Counted from the stretch's first letter, positions 9,184 to 18,347 are shown. The stretch is 64,000 nt of DNA from Methanobacteriota archaeon (GCA_004195715.1 PSPX01000002.1:29937-93936), one strand, 5' to 3'. Numbers and translations: made by a program. Notes: a model not told the origin generated them from the letters alone.

Positions 9184-10182
9184 GTGTGTGTGGAGGGTAT
9201 TTCCGACTTGGTCGAACGGCTCAGGGCCGCTGGGGTACCAGTCGATGACAGAATCGCCGAAGCTATGAATTCCGTTGACCTTGGAAATTTCACCGACTAC
9301 GACACGGAGCCGTTCCTGATGGACAAGCCAGTCCCATTCCTAGTCACTGAGAGCGGTGCGGCCAAGACCATTTCTGCCCCTCACATGGTAGCGACCCTGT
9401 TGCACCACCTTGAGATTAGAGAGGGGCAGCACGTGCTGTTGATGGGTTCCAAGGGAGGGTATCTTGCTTCACTCCTCGATTGTATGCTCGGTCCAGACGG
9501 CACTGTGACTATCATAGAACCTCACCCTGAGGTCCTGCAGCACACCAGCGAGAGATTGGAACTGCACCGCTCGATGGGCCTGCTGAGGGCGTTGCCGCCT
9601 GATGCCATAGAGGGTTGGGCGGACTTCAGCAGACGAGTAGACAGGGTACTTGTCACTGGGGCCGTTAGGGGACTGGCTCCCGAGGTGGAGTCGGTGGTCG
9701 AAGAAGGCGGCTTCGTGCTAGGTCCGTTTGGAGGCCCGCTCCACCAGAGGCTGCTCAAGAGGGAAAGGCAGGGGAATGATTGGATGGATACCGACCTTGG
9801 AGGAGTGGTTTTCGGACCAATGGACCTCGCTGAGTCGGAGAGATCTCCCCTAGACCCTCATTCTCTGGCTGAACACCTTGAAGACTTACTTGATTTGATG
9901 GCTGAAGTAATAGAAATAGAAGAAGAGACTATCGATAGATTGGAGGGACTGATCCTCTCTCTCAGAGACCTTCCTATCGACCTGCCTCTCCTAGATGAGG
10001 AATCCACCGAGGACGATATCCTAGAGCACCCGGTGATGGAACTTCTGCTAATGGAGATGGAGTGGCTTGGCCCCATGTGGCCGCTGTTCGGAGATTATCT
10101 GTCAGTTGAGATGGCCAACCCCGGCTCGCCCGAAGATGATGACCAGGATATATTCGGCGGTCACGAGGATCTCATACCTTAG
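9184..10182 (+). CDS. pcm: Protein-L-isoaspartate O-methyltransferase-like protein with acidic C-terminal extension
   Basis: KTISAPHMVA motif and VDRVLVTGAV...GGFVLGP. SAM motif is degenerate (LLMGSKGGY). Start may be GTG 9190. Confidence 0.7.
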   Translation: MCVEGISDLVERLRAAGVPVDDRIAEAMNSVDLGNFTDYDTEPFLMDKPVPFLVTESGAAKTISAPHMVATLLHHLEIREGQHVLLMGSKGGYLASLLDCMLGPDGTVTIIEPHPEVLQHTSERLELHRSMGLLRALPPDAIEGWADFSRRVDRVLVTGAVRGLAPEVESVVEEGGFVLGPFGGPLHQRLLKRERQGNDWMDTDLGGVVFGPMDLAESERSPLDPHSLAEHLEDLLDLMAEVIEIEEETIDRLEGLILSLRDLPIDLPLLDEESTEDDILEHPVMELLLMEMEWLGPMWPLFGDYLSVEMANPGSPEDDDQDIFGGHEDLIP

Positions 10183-10186
10183 ATGG

Positions 10187-10636
10187 TTAATTTTCTATTG
10201 CTGGCTGTAAGAGTCTGGACAGCGGTATCGAAATCGGCGGAAGATGATCCGAGAGAAAATGTCTGGATGTCTTAGGAGGAAACAGTTCACCGGACAGCGC
10301 TGCTTCGACGACCTCTTCCTTCTCTAATGAGTCGCGTCCACAGCGAGGCCAAACAGTCAGCGCCACCCGGTCGTCTTCGAGATAGTCGACTCGTACGCAC
10401 GGCAGGCACAGAAGCTCCAGCCTATGCGCAACGCTAGTCCGGTGGTGGCCGTCCAGTATTGTGCCTGTCTTGTGGTCGACCAGCAAGGGCTTAGTGTAAG
10501 CCTTCCAGCGCAGAGTCATCTTCTCTAGATTGTCGACTCGGTGTTCCTCTACCTGCTCGTGTGGAAGCAGAGTTTCGACGGGCACAAGTTCGACCTTCAC
10601 CTGGTTCCCAATATGCCTAACGCCCGAAGCAATCAT
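10187..10636 (-). CDS. ParB/Srx-fold protein resembling the archaeal free-serine kinase SerK, without its middle domain
   Basis: PHEQ, ILDGHHR, VDY, and C-terminal KEEVV...GELFPPKTSRH motifs. Confidence 0.65.
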   Translation of the reverse strand: MIASGVRHIGNQVKVELVPVETLLPHEQVEEHRVDNLEKMTLRWKAYTKPLLVDHKTGTILDGHHRTSVAHRLELLCLPCVRVDYLEDDRVALTVWPRCGRDSLEKEEVVEAALSGELFPPKTSRHFLSDHLPPISIPLSRLLQPAIEN

Positions 10637-10659
10637 GTCCAGAAGGCCGTCGGCGCAAC

Positions 10660-11898
10660 ATGGGACCCGAGTATGAGCACCTCAGCAAAGCCGACAGGCT
10701 GGTGTTGGAAGGACTGCGCTCAGCCGGTGAGGCGTGGATAGTCGGAGGCTGGGTCAGGGAGGCTTTCTCGGACAGTGACTACAACGACATTGATATCGCC
10801 ACTACACTGCTGCCTGCTGAGGTCAAAGAGCTGTTTCCGCGCTCTCTCATGGTAGGGGAGAAGTATGGTACAGTGATTGTCCGATTGGAAAATAATATCT
10901 CTGATGGAACTTGGGAGGTGACTACGTTGCGAAGCGAAGGTAGTTACGGCGATGGCAGGAGACCAGATCAAGTAGAATTTGGCCAAAGTATAGAGGATGA
11001 TTTGGCCCGGCGAGACTTCACAATCAATGCGATGGCCATCGACTCGGATGGCAATGTGATAGATCCATTTGACGGTATATCCGACCTACGAGCGGGCGTC
11101 CTGAGGGCAGTGGGTGAAGCAAGCGAGAGGCTTGGTGAAGATGGTCTACGGATTATGAGGGCATACCGGTTCCTAGATTCCACTGGCGGCATGCGGAGCA
11201 TGGAGTCCTCGTTGAGATCTGCTGTGAGAGAGAATCTCGGCATGCTCGATGTGGTTTCCAGAGAGCGGATTGGAATGGAGATGGAGAAAATTCTTGGAGG
11301 AAGAAATGCCGGAGAGGTAATCTCTCAAATGCATGAAGACGGTGTTCTGAATCATATCTTACCTGGAATCGCCTGCACCGTATCACCATCGTTCTGCACT
11401 GACTCTCTGGTCAATCTCGCTCTGCTATGCAGCGGAGACTCAGTCGAGGGCAGTGCCCTTGCAGGTACTCTACGCAGTGCCCTTATGATGGCAAAAGAAC
11501 CGTTGCGTCAGGTCGCGTTTCTTCACAGCGCTAGGAATGCCCCTGTGCCAACTGAAATCGGTGGACTTCGCCGCTTCCGTGCCGCCCTCCCTCCAGAGTG
11601 GCAGAATGCTTTCATTGCCTATTCACACGGATTGGGACGGGAAACTGTCGAGTTCGCCGAGGCTCTGGCCTCACTAAGCCCTCTCATTGCAGGTAACGCC
11701 CCTCTGATAGACGGAAACACTCTGGCTGCTGCCACCGGGCTAGATCCGGGGCCGAGGATGGGGCGTCTGAAGGGACTGTTACACAGAATCCAGATAGAGC
11801 AAGACCTGTCTACTGCAGAAAGAGTTCTGTCGTTGCTGGATGAGTTGGAATGGAAAGACTCGGACTACGAAGAGTGGCCAGCACTAAGTTGGCCCTAA
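10660..11898 (+). CDS. cca: Class II (bacterial/eukaryotic-type) tRNA nucleotidyltransferase, CCA-adding/poly(A) polymerase family
   Basis: VGGWVRE, DIDIAT (DxD), EVTTLRSE..Y.DGRRP loop, EDDLARRDFTINAMA, EDGLRIMRAYRF, SRERIGME. Confidence 0.9.
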   Translation: MGPEYEHLSKADRLVLEGLRSAGEAWIVGGWVREAFSDSDYNDIDIATTLLPAEVKELFPRSLMVGEKYGTVIVRLENNISDGTWEVTTLRSEGSYGDGRRPDQVEFGQSIEDDLARRDFTINAMAIDSDGNVIDPFDGISDLRAGVLRAVGEASERLGEDGLRIMRAYRFLDSTGGMRSMESSLRSAVRENLGMLDVVSRERIGMEMEKILGGRNAGEVISQMHEDGVLNHILPGIACTVSPSFCTDSLVNLALLCSGDSVEGSALAGTLRSALMMAKEPLRQVAFLHSARNAPVPTEIGGLRRFRAALPPEWQNAFIAYSHGLGRETVEFAEALASLSPLIAGNAPLIDGNTLAAATGLDPGPRMGRLKGLLHRIQIEQDLSTAERVLSLLDELEWKDSDYEEWPALSWP

Positions 11899-12398
11899 GG
11901 CAACTCGTTCAGCATCTCAATGTACTCTTCCTGATTGAGGAATTGGTCCTCGTCGAATTCGTGTGGCCCCACTATCACGCACCAACCGTCTCCATAGGCC
12001 TCGTCGTTGATTAGGTCTGGATTGTCCTCGACCTCTCCATTAAGTTCCAGAATCTTACAAGAGAAAGGGGAATTGATCAGAAGTGTCTCGATCTCGCCGT
12101 CGAAGCTGGTGGTGAGGGTAATCAGCAGGTCCTCCGCCCCGACCTCGTCACCGCTCCCCATAATTTGAGGAGAGTCATCATCGGTGTCCTCGGTATCGGA
12201 GTCACCCTTGAACTCGCTATCATCCTCAGGGCGAGTGAGTACTATTCTGATGATGTTGCCGTACTCAGAACGGATGAATTCACTGATTCCGATCTTCACC
12301 GATTCTGCCTTGTCATCCAATGGTTGGAGCCAAAGATGGTCCAACGTGTACCTACGGTCGTGTGCGATGCTGAACTCGGAATAGTCGCCGTTTGCCAT
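11895..12398 (-). CDS. Glycine-cleavage H-protein-like fold lacking the canonical lipoyl-lysine hairpin
   Basis: RYTLDHLWL, KIGIS, SPFSCKILELNGEVEDNPDLINDEAYGDGW align with GcvH. The ESVK position reads LTTSF. Confidence 0.7.
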   Translation of the reverse strand: MANGDYSEFSIAHDRRYTLDHLWLQPLDDKAESVKIGISEFIRSEYGNIIRIVLTRPEDDSEFKGDSDTEDTDDDSPQIMGSGDEVGAEDLLITLTTSFDGEIETLLINSPFSCKILELNGEVEDNPDLINDEAYGDGWCVIVGPHEFDEDQFLNQEEYIEMLNELP

Positions 12399-12511
12399 GT
12401 TATACCGAACCGGCCGCTCAGATGTGCAATTTGAACTATTCGATTGGGATGCCCCTAGAAAGACCACGAGGGATTAACAACGAAACCCGCTTCGGTTGCA
12501 TGGGGAGAGAT

Positions 12512-13690
12512 ATGGATTTCCGCGAGACTGAGGAACAATGCATGATTCGCGAGATGGTGCGCGATTTCGCTGAGAGCGTACTCGCCCCAACTTGTTTGGA
12601 ACGTGACAGGGCGCAGCGGGCCCCCCTTGAGGAATGGGCAGCATTCTGCGAGCAATCCGGACTGCAGGGCATCACAATACCCGAGGAGTATGGAGGTAGC
12701 CCAGTCGACGACATCTCGGAAGCGATAATTGTCGAGGAACTTGCCCGTGTCGATCCATCGTTCTCCGTGATGTTTTGCGTACATGTCGGGCTATGCTCGA
12801 AGACCATAGCCCTGCACGGCAACCACGAGCAGAAACAGAAGTACCTCTCAAGACTGGCTGGAAGCGAGATTGGGGCCTATTCGTTATCCGAGGCCGGAGC
12901 AGGTACCGACGCTGCTGCACTCGGATGCAAGGCGAAACTGAACGAGGATGGTAGCCACTATGTCCTGAACGGTGAGAAGATGTGGGTAACCAACGGCGCG
13001 AGCGCCGACATCTACGTGTTGTTCGCCAAGGATGTCGACCATCCTGAATACGGTCAGAAGAAGCATGGGGGAACGACGGCATTCATCATCGAGAGGGATT
13101 TCGATGGTTTCTCCGTTGGAAAGAAGGAAGACAAGCTTGGAATTAGATCTAGCGACACCTGTTCGTTGCTTCTTGAGGACTGTAAAGTCCCGGTGGAAAA
13201 TGTCCTAAAGAGCTCCGACGAGGGATTTCCAATAGCCATGAATGCGCTCGACAACTCAAGGATAGGAATCGCTGCCCAGGCTCTAGGAATCGCGCAAGGG
13301 GCATACGAGGCGGCACTGAACTACGCTCACGAGCGGGTCGCCTTCGGCAAGCCGATTGCCCACCACCAGAGCATCGGCAACTACCTCGCAGACATGGCTA
13401 CCCGAACTGAAGCGGCCAGAATGATGGTTTACAAGGCGGCTTGGGCCAAGCAGAGGCATTACGAGGATGCAGCCCCCAGACACACCAAGGAGGCCAGCAT
13501 GGCCAAACTTTTCGCGGGCGATACCGCGATGTGGGTTTCTGAGAGGGCGGTCCAAGTCCTCGGAGGGTATGGCTACACAACCGACTTTCCTGTCGAGCGA
13601 TTCTTCCGCGATGCCAAAATCACCCAGATTTACGAAGGTACCCAAGAGGTTCAGAGGATTGTTATCAACCGCTCAATAGCACCTGAGTGA
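12512..13690 (+). CDS. Acyl-CoA dehydrogenase (short/branched-chain type)
   Basis: YSLSEAGAGTD, LNGEKMWVTNG, GKKEDKLGIR, VQVLGGYGY, QIYEGTQEVQR. Confidence 0.92.
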   Translation: MDFRETEEQCMIREMVRDFAESVLAPTCLERDRAQRAPLEEWAAFCEQSGLQGITIPEEYGGSPVDDISEAIIVEELARVDPSFSVMFCVHVGLCSKTIALHGNHEQKQKYLSRLAGSEIGAYSLSEAGAGTDAAALGCKAKLNEDGSHYVLNGEKMWVTNGASADIYVLFAKDVDHPEYGQKKHGGTTAFIIERDFDGFSVGKKEDKLGIRSSDTCSLLLEDCKVPVENVLKSSDEGFPIAMNALDNSRIGIAAQALGIAQGAYEAALNYAHERVAFGKPIAHHQSIGNYLADMATRTEAARMMVYKAAWAKQRHYEDAAPRHTKEASMAKLFAGDTAMWVSERAVQVLGGYGYTTDFPVERFFRDAKITQIYEGTQEVQRIVINRSIAPE

Positions 13691-13704
13691 GGAATGGTTA
13701 GCGT

Positions 13705-15255
13705 TTACTCAACCCAGCGATACTCGCGCTGACCCTCGAGATTTCCTTCGGCACCAATGCTGACTAGTGCGAACTCGCCGTTCGGCTTGATCACTGAACG
13801 CTTACGGGAGCCCCTGTGCAGGGCCTCGTAGACCGTCTTGTTGATCGGATGGCGTCCAGACAGGCGTTCGAAGAGGTGGAACCTTGAGGCAATCTCGCGC
13901 CACTGTGGCTGAATGATGCCTTCGAAGACCTTGGCCTTAGCACCCGAACCGTAGCCGCACAGCCCAAGCTTCTCCCCTGACATATCGATGTTCTCAATAT
14001 AATCGGACTCCATAGTCGACATCAGAGCGAGGAAGATGGAACCAGTATACTGATTGCCAATCAGGCTTGATGCGCGGGTGGTTCTCTCGATTCTTTCATC
14101 CACGAAGATCTGGAATGCATCTGTCTTGGAGATCAATCTACGATACGAATCATTCGCTCGCTCGAACTCCTCAATCCCCTCGGGTGTGTCCGGGAAGTCC
14201 TCAGGCATTGGCTCTGGGCCAATCTGCTCGACAATCTCTGCCCACATCGGCAGGTGCCTCCTGTCGTGACGGAAGACATCCGGGAACATCCTCTTACCTT
14301 GGAATGCATATGGCAAGTGGACGATGATGCGGCTCCATTGATTGGTCAGAATCTCGTCGTTCTCGGGGCTATAGCGACCCTCGCGAATCGCCTTTTCGCG
14401 GAAGTTGATGAATGCCTGCTTGACTGACTCAGAATAGCAGCGGTTGGAGAACTGGCCGTCAAAGACGGGAGTGTCCTTGTGAATCTGTAGCATCGGGTTC
14501 TCGAACATGACATTGTTCTTCTGAGAAGAGCGTGGAAGGTGCTTGAGTATACGCTCAGCGAGTCCTTCCTTGATCTTCTCGCCACTCTCACGGGCGAGGT
14601 CGAGAACATTCTCTACGATGGTCCTAGTGTCGATTTCTCTGCGCGGCTTGAAGAAGTCATGAACGGGCATCGTCGAGACACCCCAGATGTCAGGGATCTC
14701 AAGCAGCCGGGGATTGTGACGTATCAGTATCGCACCGCCACCAGCACCTTGAGTATACTCGCCTGTCGAACCAATGTCGTACTTGGCGTTGTCAGCGAAC
14801 ACAACGATGCCGATTCTACCCCTCTCCTCGCCCCCACGAGCAACCCAGTCGAGGGTGTTGTGCATGGCATCCACTGCACCTATGCAAGCGAAGGTCATGT
14901 CGACTACGTCGCAGTTGCGGAAGCAGTCCTTCCCCTGTGTGGGGGTGTAACGCTGCTCGAGCATGTCCATGATGTAAGTCGCGGTCGGCTTGGAACCGTC
15001 TAAGGCTGACTCGGTTCCGAGGTATATCCTGCCGATGGTAGTAGGGTCAAGCCCATTGCGGTCGAGCAGCCTGCAAACCGCGTTAGCACCCATTGTTGCT
15101 GTATCCTCGTGGACGTCGGGAATTGCCATCGCTGCAAGTCCGAGTCCACGGTTCAACTTACCGAAATCGGCCCCTCTGAGCTTGGCGAAATCCTCCATGT
15201 CGAAGTAGAGGCGAGGGAAGTGAATCGCGATGTCGTCTATCCCGACTGATGTCAT
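13705..15255 (-). CDS. mvaS: Hydroxymethylglutaryl-CoA synthase, long bacterial-like form
   Basis: Catalytic E (GTESALD), C (FACIGA) and H (VHLPYA), plus EYTQGAGG, GNQYTGSIF and GYGSG motifs. Confidence 0.85.
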   Translation of the reverse strand: MTSVGIDDIAIHFPRLYFDMEDFAKLRGADFGKLNRGLGLAAMAIPDVHEDTATMGANAVCRLLDRNGLDPTTIGRIYLGTESALDGSKPTATYIMDMLEQRYTPTQGKDCFRNCDVVDMTFACIGAVDAMHNTLDWVARGGEERGRIGIVVFADNAKYDIGSTGEYTQGAGGGAILIRHNPRLLEIPDIWGVSTMPVHDFFKPRREIDTRTIVENVLDLARESGEKIKEGLAERILKHLPRSSQKNNVMFENPMLQIHKDTPVFDGQFSNRCYSESVKQAFINFREKAIREGRYSPENDEILTNQWSRIIVHLPYAFQGKRMFPDVFRHDRRHLPMWAEIVEQIGPEPMPEDFPDTPEGIEEFERANDSYRRLISKTDAFQIFVDERIERTTRASSLIGNQYTGSIFLALMSTMESDYIENIDMSGEKLGLCGYGSGAKAKVFEGIIQPQWREIASRFHLFERLSGRHPINKTVYEALHRGSRKRSVIKPNGEFALVSIGAEGNLEGQREYRWVE

Positions 15256-15259
15256 TAGT

Positions 15260-15289
15260 CCACTCTCAAACCCGCGCGGGTGAGAGTGG
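15260..15289. promoter_or_regulatory. Interrupted inverted repeat directly upstream of HMG-CoA synthase
   Basis: CCACTCTCA-AA-CCCGCGCGGG-TGAGAGTGG, ending 5 nt before the start codon. Confidence 0.45.
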
Positions 15290-15339
15290 GTTATGAGTCC
15301 TCGCCCTGCGCAACAACCATTAGATTCAGTAATAACGTA

Positions 15340-16458
15340 CTACTGTGAGCCGGTTAGTTGGTTCATCGCTGCTAGGAGGTCCGGTTTTTGAGAGAAGTGC
15401 TGCGAAACCGGAGCAAGGACTTCGGACAGGGCGTCTGCTACGGCCATCTTGGCGTCGAGCGGGTGTATAGATCCGTCCGAGACGGCTTCGACGAAACTCT
15501 GCAGGTCATCCCAATTCGAGGGCTCTCCAAACTTGGGGTCGGGAGTCACCGCGATGGAGTCGAGTTTTGGTAGTACGATGTATTGGGCAATCTCGAATAC
15601 TGGAGAGGCGGGGTTGCCGATCTCAAGGAATGCTTTCCTCATCTTGGTTCTGAGTGATTCGGGGTCGTCATCAAGCAGGATTGCGTTGCCTGGGTCGGAC
15701 TTGGACATCTTGTGATCGAACGAATCCATCCTCCCCCCTGATCCCTTCAGGCCCGACAACATGGGAGTGTGGATGCACGTGGCCTTGATCCAATCGTACT
15801 TGTCGGCAACCTCTCGCATGTACATGTGCGCCTTGCGCTGATCCATACCTCCGAAAGCAATGTCAATCTCCAACTCGAAAATGTCTGCTGCCTGTAGGGC
15901 TGGGTAGTAGAACGCGGCTAGGTCGTGATCCGAGGAGTCCTCGTCGCGACCCATGATGCTGAACGTCCTGCGCACCCTAGAGAGACTCATGTTCTTCGAG
16001 CACCTGAGTACTCTCTCCCAGTACCTGCCTGAGTCCATCAGCTGTGATGCGCTCAGGAATCTGAGCTGGCCTGCCCCCTCGCCCTCTGGAGGATTTCCCA
16101 GCAGCGCCCTGAAAACCTCGGTCATGTATTCGCCGGCGAGTGTAATCTTGTCCATATCGCGATCGAACTTGTCATTCACCCAAGCGTGCCAGTCGGCGAG
16201 TAGGATGATTACGTTCACGCCTTCGTCAAGCATGTTGCGTATGGTGTCGGCAAGCAGTATCCAACCCAAGTGTGCCTTGCCACTGGGCTCAAGTCCAATA
16301 TATGCAACCAGTTGGTCGTCTCCAGAATGCGTCGACCCTCCTGAAACAACAGATGCGACGTGTCCCACGCCAACGACTTCAGCGCAGCCGGCGAACATAC
16401 GGGAGACGCGAGAGCGCCCCTCCTCATCTAGCGACGAGAGGGGGTCATCGTCGTTCAT
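15340..16458 (-). CDS. tyrS: Tyrosyl-tRNA synthetase (archaeal type)
   Basis: YIGLEPSGKAHLG, LLADWHA, YPALQAAD, GGMDQRKAH, KMSKS. Confidence 0.95.
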   Translation of the reverse strand: MNDDDPLSSLDEEGRSRVSRMFAGCAEVVGVGHVASVVSGGSTHSGDDQLVAYIGLEPSGKAHLGWILLADTIRNMLDEGVNVIILLADWHAWVNDKFDRDMDKITLAGEYMTEVFRALLGNPPEGEGAGQLRFLSASQLMDSGRYWERVLRCSKNMSLSRVRRTFSIMGRDEDSSDHDLAAFYYPALQAADIFELEIDIAFGGMDQRKAHMYMREVADKYDWIKATCIHTPMLSGLKGSGGRMDSFDHKMSKSDPGNAILLDDDPESLRTKMRKAFLEIGNPASPVFEIAQYIVLPKLDSIAVTPDPKFGEPSNWDDLQSFVEAVSDGSIHPLDAKMAVADALSEVLAPVSQHFSQKPDLLAAMNQLTGSQ

Positions 16459-16466
16459 GATTCACC

Positions 16467-16982
16467 TCATTCGAGCAGTTTGGCCAGTTTCCCCGCGCGT
16501 CCTGCCGCCTTCGTGTTGTCTCCCTGCTCCAACGCGGCCTCGATTTCCTCAATCATAGACTCTGCCTGTTCGGATATCTCTTCGGGGATGTTTTGTGACA
16601 TTGATATGAAGTGCCGCGCTGCAGAAATGCCGGACTTCGCCTTACTGGCCTTCTTGGCCCATTCTTTGGCCTTGTCTCCTCTCTGCTTGGAATTGTATCC
16701 GGTGGCAGCGTCGAGGAACGAAGTCCAATTCTTGCGCGCCTCCATGGCTGATTTCACGGCCTCCGCATCATCGAAGTCAGGAGGGACATTGGTTATGTTC
16801 ACAACCAGTGCGCCCTGCTCGTTGTAACTGGCTACAATGGAGGTCATTATGTCGTGCGAACCGTTGAATGAATTGTCACCGGCGTCCTTGATATTGTCGA
16901 AGTAATCCCGCGCTAGCACTGCCAGCCCTCCATTCGAAGTTACCTGCTTTACCAGTCCGCGCTTGACATCAAATCTCTCCAT
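16467..16982 (-). CDS. Conserved archaeal protein, DUF5611-like, with a helical C-terminal extension
   Basis: Starts MERFDVKRG and contains FLDAATGYNSKQR, recalled from DUF5611 members. Confidence 0.55.
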   Translation of the reverse strand: MERFDVKRGLVKQVTSNGGLAVLARDYFDNIKDAGDNSFNGSHDIMTSIVASYNEQGALVVNITNVPPDFDDAEAVKSAMEARKNWTSFLDAATGYNSKQRGDKAKEWAKKASKAKSGISAARHFISMSQNIPEEISEQAESMIEEIEAALEQGDNTKAAGRAGKLAKLLE

Positions 16983-17082
16983 GGTCGAGCGCTGGCTGAA
17001 CCCTTCTTGAATGCTGTTGCCATGCAAGTCCAATCGATGCTTGTGTCGAACGGGCTAAACCGGCATCGCCCGTCGGCGGGAC

Positions 17083-18300
17083 GTGCACCGAGGCAGCAGC
17101 AGCGCGCTAGCAGTAATCTTCGCGATGTTGATGCTGACTCCTGTGGCCAGCGCTGGTTCCGCTGTCGGACTGTACGATAAAATCAGTCTGTCTGAGCAGG
17201 ATCTCGGGCTAAATGGGGCTGCGGTAGATCCTCTGGGAGAATGGGCGATAGTGTTCGGGGCCGACTCATACCTAGAGTTAGTGAAGACCTCTAATCCAGA
17301 TGACAGAGTGGAACTGATTTGGAATGGCGGTGAGGATTTGACGTATGGCGACTTCCACCCCGGAGGGCAAACAGCCCTCATCGTAGGCAGTGATGGGCAG
17401 GTCCTCAGATACGCACGCGAGGACCACTCGGTAACCGACGCCGGAGGGGATCTGGAGTTTAATCAAATCAGGTTGACCGCAGTGGCATGGAACTCCGGAG
17501 GATCTTGGGCCTATGTAGGAGGGTCCGATGGCTGGCTGTGGAGGATGAGGGCCGCTGCTGACGGTGGTGCCGAGGTGCATCTAGTTCAGGGCCGAGGAGA
17601 GAGTGACATCACAGGAATAGACTGTCATCCATCGGTAATGGCCTGCGTAGTCACCAGCCTGATGGATGGCATCGGAGTGATTGACAGGGACCATACTCTG
17701 TACTGGCTAGGTGGTACCGGATATCCGTGGTCCGACGTCGTATGCCCCTCAACTGAGACAGCAGACTGCGTCGCTGTTTCGAGCGACAGGAACATCGCGA
17801 GGGTGACTCTGGACGCAGACGTCGTGTCAACCTCTGATGTGAGGTTGGTGCAAGTTACCGGTGCCGAGGGTTACTTCACCGGGATATCGCGTCAGAGCGA
17901 TGGCCGATCTCTAATCTACGTGGCTCCCTTCGGCCTGATTGAGCACGACCTGAGCTTGAATTCCTCCTTCCCCTGGCTGGAGAACTCAGATGTGGCGGAA
18001 TACGACACGGGCGTCTCAGGTAGCCGGATAGTAGCGACATGGGGTACCGACAGAGACAGTGGGTGGATACTCACGGACCGAGGTGAGTTGGTGCAATACC
18101 ACCCGCCATACTCGAACGCCATCGGAGGCGTGCTAGAGGTTTGGATCCTCATTGCCATCCCTGCTGTTACACTACTGGTGTTACTCAGTTTCGCGCTCAG
18201 CCTCTCTCCGGGGCTTCAACAGCGTTTCACCCTGCGATTCGGCACTGTCGAAGAGAAGCGGGCGGCACGTCGAGAAGCACGTAGGAAGAAGGGCAGATAA
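17083..18300 (+). CDS. Secreted, C-terminally membrane-anchored WD40/YVTN-like beta-propeller protein
   Basis: Signal peptide, blade repeats (AVDPLGEWAIVFG, DFHPGGQTALIVG, AWNSGGSWAYVGG), C-terminal TM and basic tail. Confidence 0.65.
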   Translation: MHRGSSSALAVIFAMLMLTPVASAGSAVGLYDKISLSEQDLGLNGAAVDPLGEWAIVFGADSYLELVKTSNPDDRVELIWNGGEDLTYGDFHPGGQTALIVGSDGQVLRYAREDHSVTDAGGDLEFNQIRLTAVAWNSGGSWAYVGGSDGWLWRMRAAADGGAEVHLVQGRGESDITGIDCHPSVMACVVTSLMDGIGVIDRDHTLYWLGGTGYPWSDVVCPSTETADCVAVSSDRNIARVTLDADVVSTSDVRLVQVTGAEGYFTGISRQSDGRSLIYVAPFGLIEHDLSLNSSFPWLENSDVAEYDTGVSGSRIVATWGTDRDSGWILTDRGELVQYHPPYSNAIGGVLEVWILIAIPAVTLLVLLSFALSLSPGLQQRFTLRFGTVEEKRAARREARRKKGR

Positions 18301-18347
18301 TCGAGCAACGTTCATTTGCAGTGCACTGTCGCGGAGTGTTGAGGAAG

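Noticed and set aside
18319-18328. Palindrome CAGTGCACTG upstream of gcdH
   Set aside because: 10-bp palindromes occur by chance many times in 64 kb, and there is no second copy or other support.
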